A stretch of DNA of 64,000 nt. It comes from Centroscyllium fabricii (Eukaryota). The position numbers were made by a program, and so were the translations under genes. The notes under the pieces are model-generated. The model was not told where the DNA came from and did no database searches. It saw only the letters and a program-made list of their open reading frames with translations. The stretch is taken from assembly GCA_051313645.2 (NCBI GenBank), contig JBNRSN020000010.1, forward strand, positions 1,922,001 to 1,986,000, read 5' to 3'. Positions 10,600-25,129 of this stretch are shown one piece after another; the first letter of the stretch is position 1, and each line of letters starts with the position of its first letter.

Positions 10600-13500
10600 T
10601 GACCGACCCCTGGACTGACTGACCGACCGACACCCGGACTGACTGACTGACCCTCGGACTGACCAACTGACTGACCTCCAAACTGACCGACTGACCGAAT
10701 GACCCACGGAGTGACTGACCGACACACGGACTGACTGACCTCCTGACCAACGGACTGGACGACTGACTCCTGTACTGACCGACTGATCCCTGGACTGACC
10801 AACCGACCCCTGGACCGACTGATCGAACCCCGGAGTACCGCCCGACCCACAGTGACCGACAAACCGAACTCCGCTCTGAAGAACTGACCAACACCCGGAC
10901 TGACTAACTGGTACCCGGTCAGACTGACACCCGGACTGACCAACTGACCCCCGGACTGACCGACTGACCCCCGGACTGACTGACCTACCATCGGACTGAC
11001 TGACCGATCCCTGGACTGACCGACTGACACCCGGACAGACTGAGTGACCTCCTGGATTGACCAAATGTCCCCCAGACTGACCAACCGACCGGCCCCCGGA
11101 CTGACTGACCGACCCCGTACCGACTGTCTCCCAGACTGACCGACCGACCCCTGGACTGACCGACCGACCCCCAGACTGACCAACCGACCGTGGACTGACC
11201 GACCCCCAGACTTACCGCTCAACCGACCCCCCGACTGATGGACCGAGTGACCCCTGGACTGACTGACTGATCCCCTGTCTGACTGACCAAGTGACTCCTG
11301 GACTGACCGACTAATTCCAGGACCAACCGACCGACTGACGCCCGGACTGACTGACCGACGCACCGACTGACCGACTGATCCCCGGACTGACCAACCCCGA
11401 ACTGACCGACCGAGTGACGCCTGGACTGACCGACCGACCTCCGGAGTGACCAACAAAGTGACCCCTGGAATGACTGACCGACCCCTGCACTGACTGATCA
11501 ACCGACTCCCGCTTGACCAATCTCTGGACTGACTGACCCACGACCTGACCGACCGACACCCAGACTGAACGACTGAGTGACCCCCGGACTGACCAACCGA
11601 CCCCCGGACTGACCAACAAAGTGACCCCTGGAATGACTGACCGAACCCTGGACTGACCGGCCGACCGACCCCCAGACTGACCGACTGACCCCCAGACTGA
11701 CCGATTGACTGACCCCTGAACTGACCGACCGACCTCTGGACTGACCGAATGGCCCACGGAGCGATGACTGACAGCTGGACTGACTGACCTCCCGACCCAC
11801 GGACTGACCGACTGACCCCCGTACTGACCGACCGATCCCTGGACTGACCAACCGACCACTGGACCGACCGATCGAACCCCGGACTGACCGCCCGACCCAC
11901 CGACTGACTGACCGACCCCCAGACTGACCAACCAACCGCGGACTGACTGACCCCCGGACTGACCGCTCAACCGACCCCCCGACTGATGGACCGAGTGACC
12001 CCTGGACTGACTGACTGATCCCCGGTCTGACTGACCGAGTGACTCCTGGACTGACCGACTAATCCCAGGACTGACCGACCGACCGACCCCTGGACTGACT
12101 GAGTGACGCACCGACTGACCGACCGATTCCCGGATTGACCGACCCCCGAAAAGACCAACCGAGTGACCCCTGGACTGACCGACCGACCCCCAGAGTGACC
12201 AGCAAAGTGACCCCTGGAATGACTGACCGACCCCTGGACTGACTGACCGACCGACACCCGGACTGACCGACTGACCCTCGGACTGACCAACTGAATGACC
12301 TCCAAACTGACCGACTGACCGAATGACCCACAGAGTGACTGACCGACACACGGATTGACTGACCTCCTGACCAACGGACTGGACGACTGACTCCTGTACT
12401 GACCGACTGATCCCTGTACTGACCAACCGACCCCTGGACCGACTGATCGAACCCCGGAATGACTGCCCGACCCACCGACTGACCGACCGGCGCCCGGACT
12501 GACCGACCGACCGACCCCCCGACTGACCAATCAATCGACCCCCTGACTGACCGACCCCAGACTGACCGACCAACCCCAGATTGACCGAATGACACCTGGT
12601 CTGACCGAATGCTAGACTGACCGACCGACCACTGGACAGACTGACTGACCCCCTGGATTGACCCGAATGACTCCCGGACTGACCGACTGACCGGCCCCCG
12701 GACTGACTGACCGACCCTGGACCGACTCTCCCTCAGACTGACCGACCGACACCTGGACTGACCGACCGACCCCCAGACTGACCACCCGTCCGCGGACTGA
12801 CCGACCCCCAGACTGACCGCTCAACCGACCCCCCGACTGATGGACTGAGTGACCCCTGGACTGACTGACTGATCCCCGGTCTGACTGAACGAGTGACTCC
12901 TGGACTGACCGACTAATCTCAGGACTGACCGACCCCCGGACTGACTGACCGACGCACCGACTGACCGACGGATCCCCGGACTGACCGACCCCTGAACTAA
13001 CCGACCGACACCCAGACCCATGGGCTGACCGACCGACCCCCAGACTGACTGACCGTCCCCTGGACTGACTGACCGACCCCTGGACCGACCGACCGAACCC
13101 CGGACTGACCAACTGACCCTCCGACTGACCGACCGAACCCCGGACTGACCGAACGACCCCAACAATGACCGATCCCCGGACTGACCGATCAATCGACCCC
13201 CTGACTGACCGACCCCTGGACTGACCGACCGAACCCCAGAGTGACCGACTGACGCCTGGTCTGACCGAATGCCGGACTGACCGATTGACACCCAGACTGA
13301 CCGACTGACCTCTAGACTGGCAGACTGACCCCAGACTGACCGAATGACCGCCGGACTGACCGACCGCGAGAATGACCGACCGACCCCCGGAATGTCCGAC
13401 CGAACCCCGGACCGACCAAGCATCCCCGGGACTGACCGACCGACCCCCGGACTGTCCGACCGTCGGACTGACTGACCGACCCACGGACTCACTGACTAAC

Positions 13501-16500
13501 CCCCGCAATGACCAACAAAGTGACCCCTGGAATGACCGACCGAACCCTGGACTGACCGGCCGACCGACCCCCAGACTGACCGACTGACCCCCGGACTGAC
13601 CAACTGACTGACCCCTGAACTGACCGACCGACCCCTGGACTTACCGAATGACCCACGGAGCGACTGACTGACAGCTGGACTGACTGACCTCCTGACCCAC
13701 GGACTGACCGACCGACCCCTGGACTGACTGACCAATCCCTGGACTGACCGACCGACCCCTGGACTGACCGACCGACCCCTGGACTGACCGAATGAACCCA
13801 GGACTGACCGACCGACGCCCCGACTGACCGACCGACGCCCGGACTGACCGAGTGACCCCCGGACTGACCGACCCCCGGACTGACCGATCAATCGACCCCC
13901 TGACTGACCGACTCCCGGACAGACCGACTGACCCCAGACTGACCGACTGACACCTGGTCTGACCGAATGCCGGACTGACCGACCGACCCCCAGACTGACA
14001 GACCGAACCCCGAACTGTCCTGCTGACCCCCCGACTGACCGACCGTCCGACACCTGGACAATCCGACCGACTGACCCCCGAACTGACCGACCGACCCCTG
14101 GACTGACCGACCGTCCGAACCCTGAACTGACCAACTGACCCCCAGAGTGACTGAATATCCGACCCCCGGACAAACCGACTGATCCACGGAATGACCGACT
14201 GACCCCCGGACTGACCGACCTACCATCGGACTGACTGACCGATCCCTGGACTGACCGACTGACACCCGGACAGACTGACTGACCTCCTGGATTGACCGAA
14301 TGACCCCCAGACTGACCGACCGACCGGCCCCCGGACTGACAGACCGACCCCGTACCGACTGTCCCCCAGACTGACCGACCGACCCCTGGACTGACCGACC
14401 GACCCCCAGACTGACCAACCGACCGTGGACTGACCGACTCCCAGACTTACCGCTCAACCGACCCCCCGACTGATGGACCGAGTGACCCCGGGACTGACTG
14501 ACTGATCCCCTGTCTGACTGACCAAGTGACTCCTGGACTGACCGACTAATTCCAGGACTGACCGACCGACCGACCCCCGGACTGACTGACCGATGCACCG
14601 ACTGACCGACTGATCCCCGGACTGACCAACCCCCGAACTGACCGACCGAGTGACGCCTGGACTGACCGACCGACCTCCGGAGTGATCAACAAAGTGACCC
14701 CTGGAATGACTGACCGACCCCTGGACTGACTGACCGTCCGACACCCGGACTGACCGACTGACCCTCGGACTGACCAACTGACTGACCTCCAAACTGACCG
14801 ACTGACCGAATGACCAACGGAGTGACTGACCGACACACGGACTGACTGACCTCCTGACCAACGGACTGGACGACTGACTCCTGTACTGACCGACTGATCC
14901 CTGGACTGACCAACCGACCCCTGGACCGACTGATCGAACCCCGGAGTGACCGCCCGACCCACAGTGACCGACAAACCGAACTCCGCTCTGAAGAACTGAC
15001 CAACACCCGGACTGACTAACCAGTACCCGGTCAGACTGACACCCGGACTGACCAACTGACCCCCGGACTGACCGACTGACCCCCGGACTGACCGACCTAC
15101 CATCGGACTGACTGACCGATCCCTGGACTGACCGACTGACACCCGGACAGACTGACTGACCTCCTGGATTGACCAAATGACCCCCAGACTGACCGACCGA
15201 CCGGCCCCCGGACTGACTGACCGACCCCGTACCGACTGTCTCCCAGACTGACCGACCGACCCCTGGACTGACCGACCGACCCCCAGACTGACCAACCGAC
15301 CATGGACTGACCGACCCCCAGACTTAGCGCTCAACCGACCCCCCGACTGATGGACCGAGTGACCCCTGGACTGACTGACTGATCCCCTGTCTGACTGACC
15401 AAGTGACTCCTGGACTGACCGACTAATTCCAGGACCGACCGAACGACCGACGCCTGGACTGACTGACCGACGCACCGACTGACCGACTGATCCCCGGACT
15501 GACCAACCCCCGAACTGACCGACCGAGTGACGCCTGGACTGACCGACCGACCTCCGGAGTGACCAACAAAGTGACCCCTGGAATGACTGACCGACCCCTG
15601 CACTGACTGATCAACCGACTCCCGGACTGACCAATCTCTGGACTGACTGACCCACGACCTGACCGACCGACACCCAGACTGAACGACTGAGTGACCCCCG
15701 GACTGACCAACCGACCCCCGGACTGACCAACAAAGTGACCCCTGGAATGACCGACCGAACCCTGGACTGACCGGCCGACCGACCCCCAGACTGACCGACT
15801 GACCCCCGGACTGACCGATTGACTGACCCCTGAACTGACCGACCGACCTCTGGACTGACCGAATGACCCATGGAGCGACTGACTGACAGCCGGACTGACC
15901 GGCCGACCGACCCCCAGACTGACCGACTGACCCGCGGACTGACCGATTGACCGATCCCTGGACTGACCAACCGACCACTGGACCGACCGATCGAACCCCG
16001 GACTGACCGCCCGACCCACTGACTGATTGACTGACCCCCAGACTGACCAACCGACCGTGGACTGACTGACCCCCGGACTGACCGCTCAACCGACCCCCCA
16101 ACTGATGGACCGAGTGACCCCTGGACTGACTGACTGATCCCCGGTCTGACTGACCGAGTGACTCCTGGACTGACCGACTAATCCCAGGACTGACCGACCG
16201 ACCTACCCCTGGACTGACTGAGTGACGCACCGACTGACCGACCGATCCCCGGACTGACCGACCCCCGAAAAGACCAACCGAGTGACCCCTGGACTGACCG
16301 ACCGACCCCCAGAGTGACCAACAAAGTGACCCCTGGAATGACTGACCGACCCCTGGACTGACTGACCGACCGACACCCGGACTGACCGACTGACCCTCGG
16401 ACTGACCAACTGAATGACCTCCAAACTGACGGACTGACCGAATGACCCACGGAGTGACTGACCGACACACGGATTGACTGACCTCCTGACCAACAGACTG

Positions 16501-17040
16501 GATGACTAACTCCTGTACTGACCGACTGATCCCTGGACTGACCAACCGACCCCTGGACCGACTGATCGAACCCCGGAATGACCGCCCGACCCACCGACTG
16601 ACCGACCAGCGCCCGGACTGACCGACCGACCGACCCCCCGACTGACCAATCAATCGACCCCCTGACTGACCGACCCCAGACTGACCGACCAACCCCAGAT
16701 TGACCGAATGACACCTGGTCTGACCGAATGCTAGACTGACCGACCGACCACTGGACAGACTGACTGACCCCCTGGATTGACCCGAATGACTCCCGGACTG
16801 ACCGACCGACCGGCCCCCGGACTGACTGACCGACCCTGGACCGACTCTCCCTCAGACTGACCGACCGACACCTGGACTGACCGACCGACCCCCAGACTGA
16901 CCACCCGTCCGCGGACTGACCGACCCCCAGACTGACCGCTCAACCGACCCCCCGACTGATGGACCGAGTGACCCCTGGACTGACTGACTGATCCCCGGTC
17001 TGACTGAATGAGTGACTCCTGGACTGACCGACTAATCCCA
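10600..17040. repeat. Block ~10.6-12.9 kb repeated at ~14.75-17.0 kb (offset ~4.11-4.12 kb)
   Basis: Near-identical ORFs 12059..12595 and 16178..16714 are offset by 4119. Landmarks: ctctgaagaac ~10874/~14986, ctaattccagga ~11311/~15423, gaatgctaga ~12607/~16727. Confidence 0.75.
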
Positions 17041-20000
17041 GGACTGACCGACTGACCGACCCCCGGACTGACTGACCGACGCACCGACTGACCGAGTGAC
17101 GCCTGGACTGACCGACCGACCTCCGGAGTGACCAACAAAGTGACCCCTGGAATGACTGAACGATCCCTGGACTGACTGACCGACCGACACCCAGCCTGAC
17201 CGACTGACCCCCGGACTGACCGACCGACTGACCTCCGAACTGACCGAATGACCCACGGAGAGACTGACCGACCTCTGCACTGACTGATCAACCGACTCCC
17301 GGACTGACCAATCTCTGGACTGACTGACCCACGACCTGACCGACCGACACCCAGACTGAACGACTGAGTGACCCCCGGACTGACCAACCGACCCCCGGAC
17401 TGACCAACAAAGTGACCCCTGGAATGACCGACCGAACCCTGGACTGACCGGCCGACTGACCCCCAGACTGACCGACTGACCCCCGGACTGACCGATTGAC
17501 TGACCCCTGAACTGACCAACCGACCTCTGGACTGACCGAATGACCCACGGAGCGACTGACTGACAGCCGGACTGACTGACCTCCCGACCCACGGACTGAC
17601 TGACTGACCCCTGTACTGACCGACCGATCCCTGGACTGACCAACCGACCACTGGACCGACCGATCGAACCCCGGACTGACCGCCCGACCCACCGACTGAC
17701 CGACTGAACCCCAGACTGACCAACCGACCGCGGACTGACTGACCCACGGACTGACCGCTCAACCGACCCCCCGACTGATGGACCGAGTGACCCCTGGACT
17801 GACTGACTGATCCCCGGTCTGACTGAACGAGTGACTCCTGGACTGACCGACTAATCCCAGGACTGACCGACCGACCGACCCCTGGACTGACTGAGTGACG
17901 CACCGACTGACCGACCGATTCCCGGATTGACCGACCCCTGAAAAGACCAACCGAGTGACCCCTGGACTGACCGACCGACCCCCAGAGTGACCAACAAAGT
18001 GACCCCTGGAATGACTGACCGACCCCTGGACTGACTGACCGACCGACACCCGGACTGACCGACTGACCCTCGCACTGACCAACTGACTGACCTCCAAACT
18101 GACCGACTGACTGAATGACCCACGGAGTGACTGACCGACACACGGACTGACTGACCTCCTGACCAACGGACTGGACGACTGACTCCTGTACTGACCGACT
18201 GATCCCTGGAATGACCAACCGACCCCTGGACCGACTGATCGAACCCCGGAGTGACCGCCTGACCCACCGACTGACCGACCAGCGCCCGGACTGACCGACC
18301 GACCCCCGGACTGACCGACCCCCCGACTGACCAATCAATCGACCCCCTGACTGACCGACCCCAGACTGACCGACCAACTCCAGATTGTCCGAATGACACC
18401 TGGTCTGACCGAATGCTAGACTGACCGACCGACCACTGGACAGACTGACTGACCCCCTGGATTGACCCGAATGACTCCCGGACTGACCGACCGACCGGCC
18501 CCCGGACTGACTGACCGACCCCGGACCGACTCTCCCTCAGACTGACCGACCGACCCCTGGACTGACCGACCGACCCCCAGACTGACCACCCGTCTGCGGA
18601 CATACCGACCCCCAGACTGACCGCTCAACCGACCCCCCGACTGATGGACCGAGTGACCCCTGGACTGACTGACTGATCCCCGGTCTGACTGACTGAGTGA
18701 CTCCTGGACTGACCGACTAATGCCAGGACTGACCGACTGACTGACCCCCGGACTGACTGACCGACGCACCGACTGACTGACTGACCCCTGAACTGACCGA
18801 CCGATCCCTGGACTGACCGAATGACCCACAGAGTGACTGACCGACACATGGACTGACTAACCTCCCGACCCATGGACTGACCGACTGACCCCCGTACTGA
18901 CCAACCGATCCCTGGACTGACCAACCGACCTCTGGACCAACTGACCGAACCCCGGACTGACCGCCCGACCCGCCGACTGACCGACCGGTGCCCGGACTGA
19001 CCGACCGACCCGCTGACTGACCGACTCCAGACTGACCGACCGACCCCAGATTGACAGACTGACACCTGGTCTAACCGAATGCCGGACTGACCGACCGACC
19101 ACAGGACTGACAGACCGAACCCCGAACTGTCCTCCTGACCGCCCGACTGACCGACCGTCCAACACCTGGACAATCCGACCAACTGACCCCCGAACTGACC
19201 GACCGACCCCTGAACTGACCGACCGTCCGAACCCTGAACTGACCAACTGACCCCCAGAGTGACTGAATATCTGACCCCCGGATAAACCGACTGACCCACG
19301 GAATGACCGACTGACGCCTGGACTGACCGACCAACCCCCGGACTGACTGACCGACCCCTGGATTGAACGACCAAGCGAAACCCCAGGACTAACCGTCTGT
19401 CTGACCCCCGAACTGACAGACCGATACCCTGACTGACCGAGTTACTGACCCCCAGACTTACTGACTGATCCCTGGACTGACCGGCTAACCCTCAGACTGA
19501 CCAACCGACCCGGACTGACCGACCAACCCGCGGACTGACCGAACGAACCCCGGACTTACCGACCGACCGACCACCGGACTGCCCAATTGACCGACCCCCA
19601 GACGGACCGACCGACCCCTGGACTGACTGACCGAACCCCAGACTGACCGACTGACCGAATGACCGACTCCCGGACTGATGGACTCTGGGACATAAGGACT
19701 AAATGACCCCTGGACTGACTGACCAAATGACCCCTGGACTGACTGACTGACCCCTGGACTTTCCGACTGACCCCCGGACTGACCGACCGACCCCCAGACT
19801 GACCGACCGACCGTCGTATTGACCGATCGAACCATGGACTGAACGAACGACCCACAGAATGACCGATCAACCCCCGGACTGACCGACCAACACCTGGACT
19901 TACCGACCGACCCTCGGACTGAACTACCGACCCCCGGACTGACCGACCAACTGACCCCCAGACTGACCAAACGACTGACCCCCAGATTGACTGACTGACC

Positions 20001-23000
20001 ACTGGACTGACCGACTGACCCTCGGACTAACCGACGGACCCCACAGACTGACTGACTGACTGACTCCCGGACTGACCGACACCCGGAAGTAACGACCAAA
20101 TGACCCATGGACCGACCGACCAAACGACCGCCGCATTGCACGACCGACCCCCAGACTAACCAACCGATCCCCGGACTGACCGACCGACACGCGGACTGAT
20201 CGACCGAACCCAGGACTGACCTATTGACCCCCGGAGTGACCGACCGACCGACCCATGGATTGACAGACAATTGTCCCCAGGCTGACTGACTGACTCCCGA
20301 AATGACCGACCGACCGACCCCGGACTGACCAATCGACCGACCCCCAGATTGACTGACTGACCACTGGATTGACGGAACGACCCCCGGACTGACTGACCAA
20401 CCCCCGAACTGACCAGCTGACCGACTCCTGGACTGACCGACTACCGGACATATCGACCAAATGACCCCTGGACTGACCGACCCCCGGACTGATCGACTGC
20501 CCCCTAGACTGGCAGATAGACCCCCAGACTGACCGAATGACCCCCGGACTGACCGACCCTGAGAATGACCGACCGACCCCCGGAATGACCGACCGAACCC
20601 CGGACCGACCAAGCATCCTCCGGACTGACCGACCGACCACTGGACTGTCTGACCCTCGGACTGACTGACCGACACCGGCACTGACCGACTGACCCCCGGA
20701 CTGACCAACCCACACCCACACTGACCGACTGACCCCCGCAATGAGTGACCAACCCCCGGACTGACTGACCGAACCCCGGAATGACCGACCGAACCCCGGA
20801 CCGACCAAGCATCCTCCGGACTGACCGACCGACCACCGTGGCTGACCCACTGACCCCTGAACTGACCGATCCCTGTACTAACTGACTGACCCCCGGACTG
20901 ACCGACCTCCGTACTGACCGACCCACAGACTGTCCGACAGAACAACCCCCAGATTGACAGACTGACCGACCCACAGACTGACCGACCGAATACCGGACTG
21001 ACCGACCGACCCACAGATTGACCGACAAACCGAACTCCGCTCTGAACAACTGACCAACACCCGGACTGACCAAATGACCCCCGGACTGACCGACCAACCG
21101 AACCTCAAACTGACCAATCCCTGGACTAACTGACTGACCCTCGGACTGACCGACCACCGTACTGACCGACCCACAGACTGTCCGAAGGAAAAAACCCCGG
21201 ATTGACAGACTGTCCGACCCACAGACTGACCGACTGACTCCCGGACTGACCGACCGATCACTGGTCTGACTGACCGAGTGACCCCTGGACTGACCGACTA
21301 ATCCCCGGAATGACCGATCGACCCCCGGACTGACTGACCTGCGCACCAACTGACCGACTGATCTCCGGACTGACCGACCCCCGAACTGACTGATTGACAC
21401 CCAGACTGACCGACTGAGTGACACCTGGACTGACCGACTGACCTCCGGAGTGACCAACAAAGTGACCACTGGAATGACTGACCGACCCCTGCACTGACTG
21501 ATCGACCGACACCCGGACTGACCGACTGACCCCCGGACTGACCAACCGACTGACCTCCGAACTGACCGACTGATCCCTGGACTGACCGAATGACCCACGG
21601 AGTGACTGACCGACAATAGGACTGACTGATCTCCCGACCAACGGACTGACCGACTGACCCCCGCACTGACCGATCGATCCCTGGACTGACCAACCGACCA
21701 CTGGACCAACCGATTGAACCCCGGACTGACTGACCGAGTGACTCCTGGACTGACCGACTAATCCCAGGACTGACCAGCCGACCGACCCCCGGACTGACTG
21801 ACCGACGCACCGACTGACCGACCGATCCCCGGACTGACCGACCCCCGAACTGACCGACCAAGCGATCCTTGGACTGACCGACCGACCCCCGGAGTGACTG
21901 ACCAACCGAAACCCGGACTAACCGACTTACCCCCGGAATGACCGACCGACCCCTGGACTGACCGGCCGACCCCCGGACTAACCGACCCACCCCTGGATTG
22001 AACGACAAAGCGACCCCCGAGGACTAACCGATCGTCCGACCCCCGAACTGACAGACTGATACCCTGACTGACTGAGTTACTGACCCCCAGACTTACTGAC
22101 TGATCCCTGGACTGACCGGCCAACCCTCAGACTGACCGAACGAACCCCAGACTTACCGACCACCGGACTGCCCAATCGACTGACACCCAGACGGACGGAC
22201 CGACCCCTGGACTGACCGACCGAACCCCAGACTGACTGACTGACCGAATGACCGACTCCCGGACTGACGGACTCCGGGACATAAGGACTAAATGACCCCG
22301 GACTGACTGACCAAATGACCCCTGGACTGACCACCGACCCTGGACTGTCCGACTGACCCCCGGACTGACCGACCGACCCCCAGACTGACCGACCGCCCGC
22401 CGTATTGACCGATCGAACCACGGACTGAACAAATGACCCCCGGAATGACCGATCAACCCTCGGACTGACCGACCAACTCATGGACTTACCGACCGACCCT
22501 CGGACAGAACTACCGACCCCCGGACTGACCGACCAACTGACCCCCAGACTGACCAATCAACTGACCCTCAGATTTACCGACCGACCACTGGACTGACCGA
22601 CCGACCCCCGGACTGACTGCCGGACCCCACAGACTGATTGACTGACTCCCGGACTGACCGACACCCGGATGTAACGACCAAATGATCCCTGGACCGACCG
22701 ACCAAAATGACCGCCGGACTGCACGACCTACCCCCGGACTGATCAACCGATCTCCGGACTGACCGACCGACACCCGGACTGACCGACCGAACCCAGGACT
22801 GACTCACTGACTCCCGGAGTGACCGACTGACCGACCCATGGATTGACGGACAATTGTCCCCAGACTGAATGACTGACCCCCGAAATGAACGACCGACCGC
22901 CCCCGAACTGACCAATTGACCGACCCCCAGATTGACTGGCTGACCACTGGACTGACCGTACAACACCCGGACTGACCGACCGACCCCCAAACTGACCAAC

Positions 23001-25129
23001 TGACTGACTCCTGGACTGACCGACTCCCGGACATAACGCCCAAATGACCCCTGGACCGACCGACCCCCGGATTGATCGACTGCCCCCTAGACTGGCAGAT
23101 CGACCTCCAGACTGACCGAATGACCCCCAGACTGACCGACCCTGAGAATGACCGACCGACCCCCGGAATGACCGACCGAACCCTGGACCGACCAAGCATC
23201 TTCCGGGCTGACCGACCGACCACCAGACTGTCTGACCCTTGGACTGACTGACCGACACCGGCACTGACCGACTGACACCCGGACTGGCCAACCGAACCCC
23301 ACACCAACCGACCAACCCCCGCAATGAGCGACCAACCCCCGGACTGACCGACCGAACCCCGGACTGACCGAATGAACCCTGGACTGTCTCTCCGACCCCC
23401 GGACTGAACGATCCCCGGAATGGCAGACGGACCCCCGGACTGACCGACCGACCCCCGTGGCTGACCCACTGACCCCTGAACTGACCGATCCCTGGACTAA
23501 CTGTCTGACCCCCGGACTGACCAACCACCGTACTGACCGACCCACAGACTGTCCGACGGAACAACCCCCGGATTGACAGACTTTCCGACCCACAGACTGA
23601 CCGACCGACTCCCGGACTGACCGACCGACCCACAGACTGACCGACAAAATGAACTCCGCTCTGAAGAACTGGACTGGCCGACCGACACCCGGACTGACAG
23701 ACTCACCCCTAGACTGGCAGACCGATCCCCAGACAGACCGACCGAGTGACCCCTGGACTGACCGACCGACCCCCAGACTGACCAACAAAGTGAGCCCTGA
23801 AATGACCTACCGACCCCTGGACTGACCGACCAACCGACCCCCGGACTGACCGACTGACCCCCAGACTGACCGACTGACAGAACCCCGAACAGACCAACCG
23901 ACACCTGGACTGACCGAATGACCCAGGGATTGACTGACCGACACCCGGATTGACTGATTTCCAACGCACAGACTGACCGACCGAACCCCGGAATGACCGA
24001 CCGACCCCCGGACTGACCGACTGACCCCCGTGGCTGACCCACTGACCCCTGAACTGACCGATCCCTGGACTAACTGACTGACACCCAGACTGACTGACCA
24101 CCGTATTGACCGACCCACAGACTGTCCGACGGAACAACACCCGGATTGACTGACTGTCCGACGCACAGACGGACCGAATGACTCCCGGACTGACCGACCG
24201 ACCCACAGTGACCGACAAACCGGACTCCGCTCTGAAGAACTGACCAACGCCCGGACTGACTAACCGTTACCCGGTCAGACCGACACCCGGACTGACCAAA
24301 TGACCCCCGGACTGACCGACTGACCCCCGGACTGACCGACCTAACATCGGACTGACTGACCGATCCCTGGACTGACCGACTGACACCTGGACAGACTGAC
24401 TGACCTCCTGGATCGACCCCCAGACTGACCGACCGACTGGCCCCCGGACTGACTGACTGACCCTGTACCGACTGTCCCCCAGACTGACAGACCGACCCCT
24501 GGACTGACCGACCGACCCCCAGACTGACCAACTGACCGCGGACTGACCGACCCCCAGACTGACCGCACAACCGACCCCCCGACTGATGGACCGAGTGACC
24601 CCTGGACTGACTGACTGATCCCCTGTCTGACTGACCAAGTGACTCCTGGACTGACCGACTAATCCCAGGACTGACCGACCGAACGACCCTCGGACTGACT
24701 GACCGACGCACCGACTGACCGTCCGATCCCTGGACTGACCAACACCCGAACTGACCAACCGAGTGACCGCTGGACTGACCGACCGACCTCCGGAGTGACC
24801 AACAAAGTGACCCCTGGAATGACTGACCGACCCCTGCACTGACTGACTGACCGACACCTGGACTGACCGACTGACCCCCGGACTGAACAACCGACTGACC
24901 TCCGAACTGACCGACTGATCCCTGGACTGACCGAATGACCCACGGAGTGACTGACCGACACACGGACTGACTGACCTCCCGACCCACGGACTGACCGACT
25001 GACGCCCGTACTGACTGACCGATCCCTGGACTGACCAACCGACCACTGGACCGACCGATTGAACCCCGGACTGACCGCCCGACCCACCGACCGACCCCCA
25101 GACTGACCAACCGACCGCGGACTGACCGA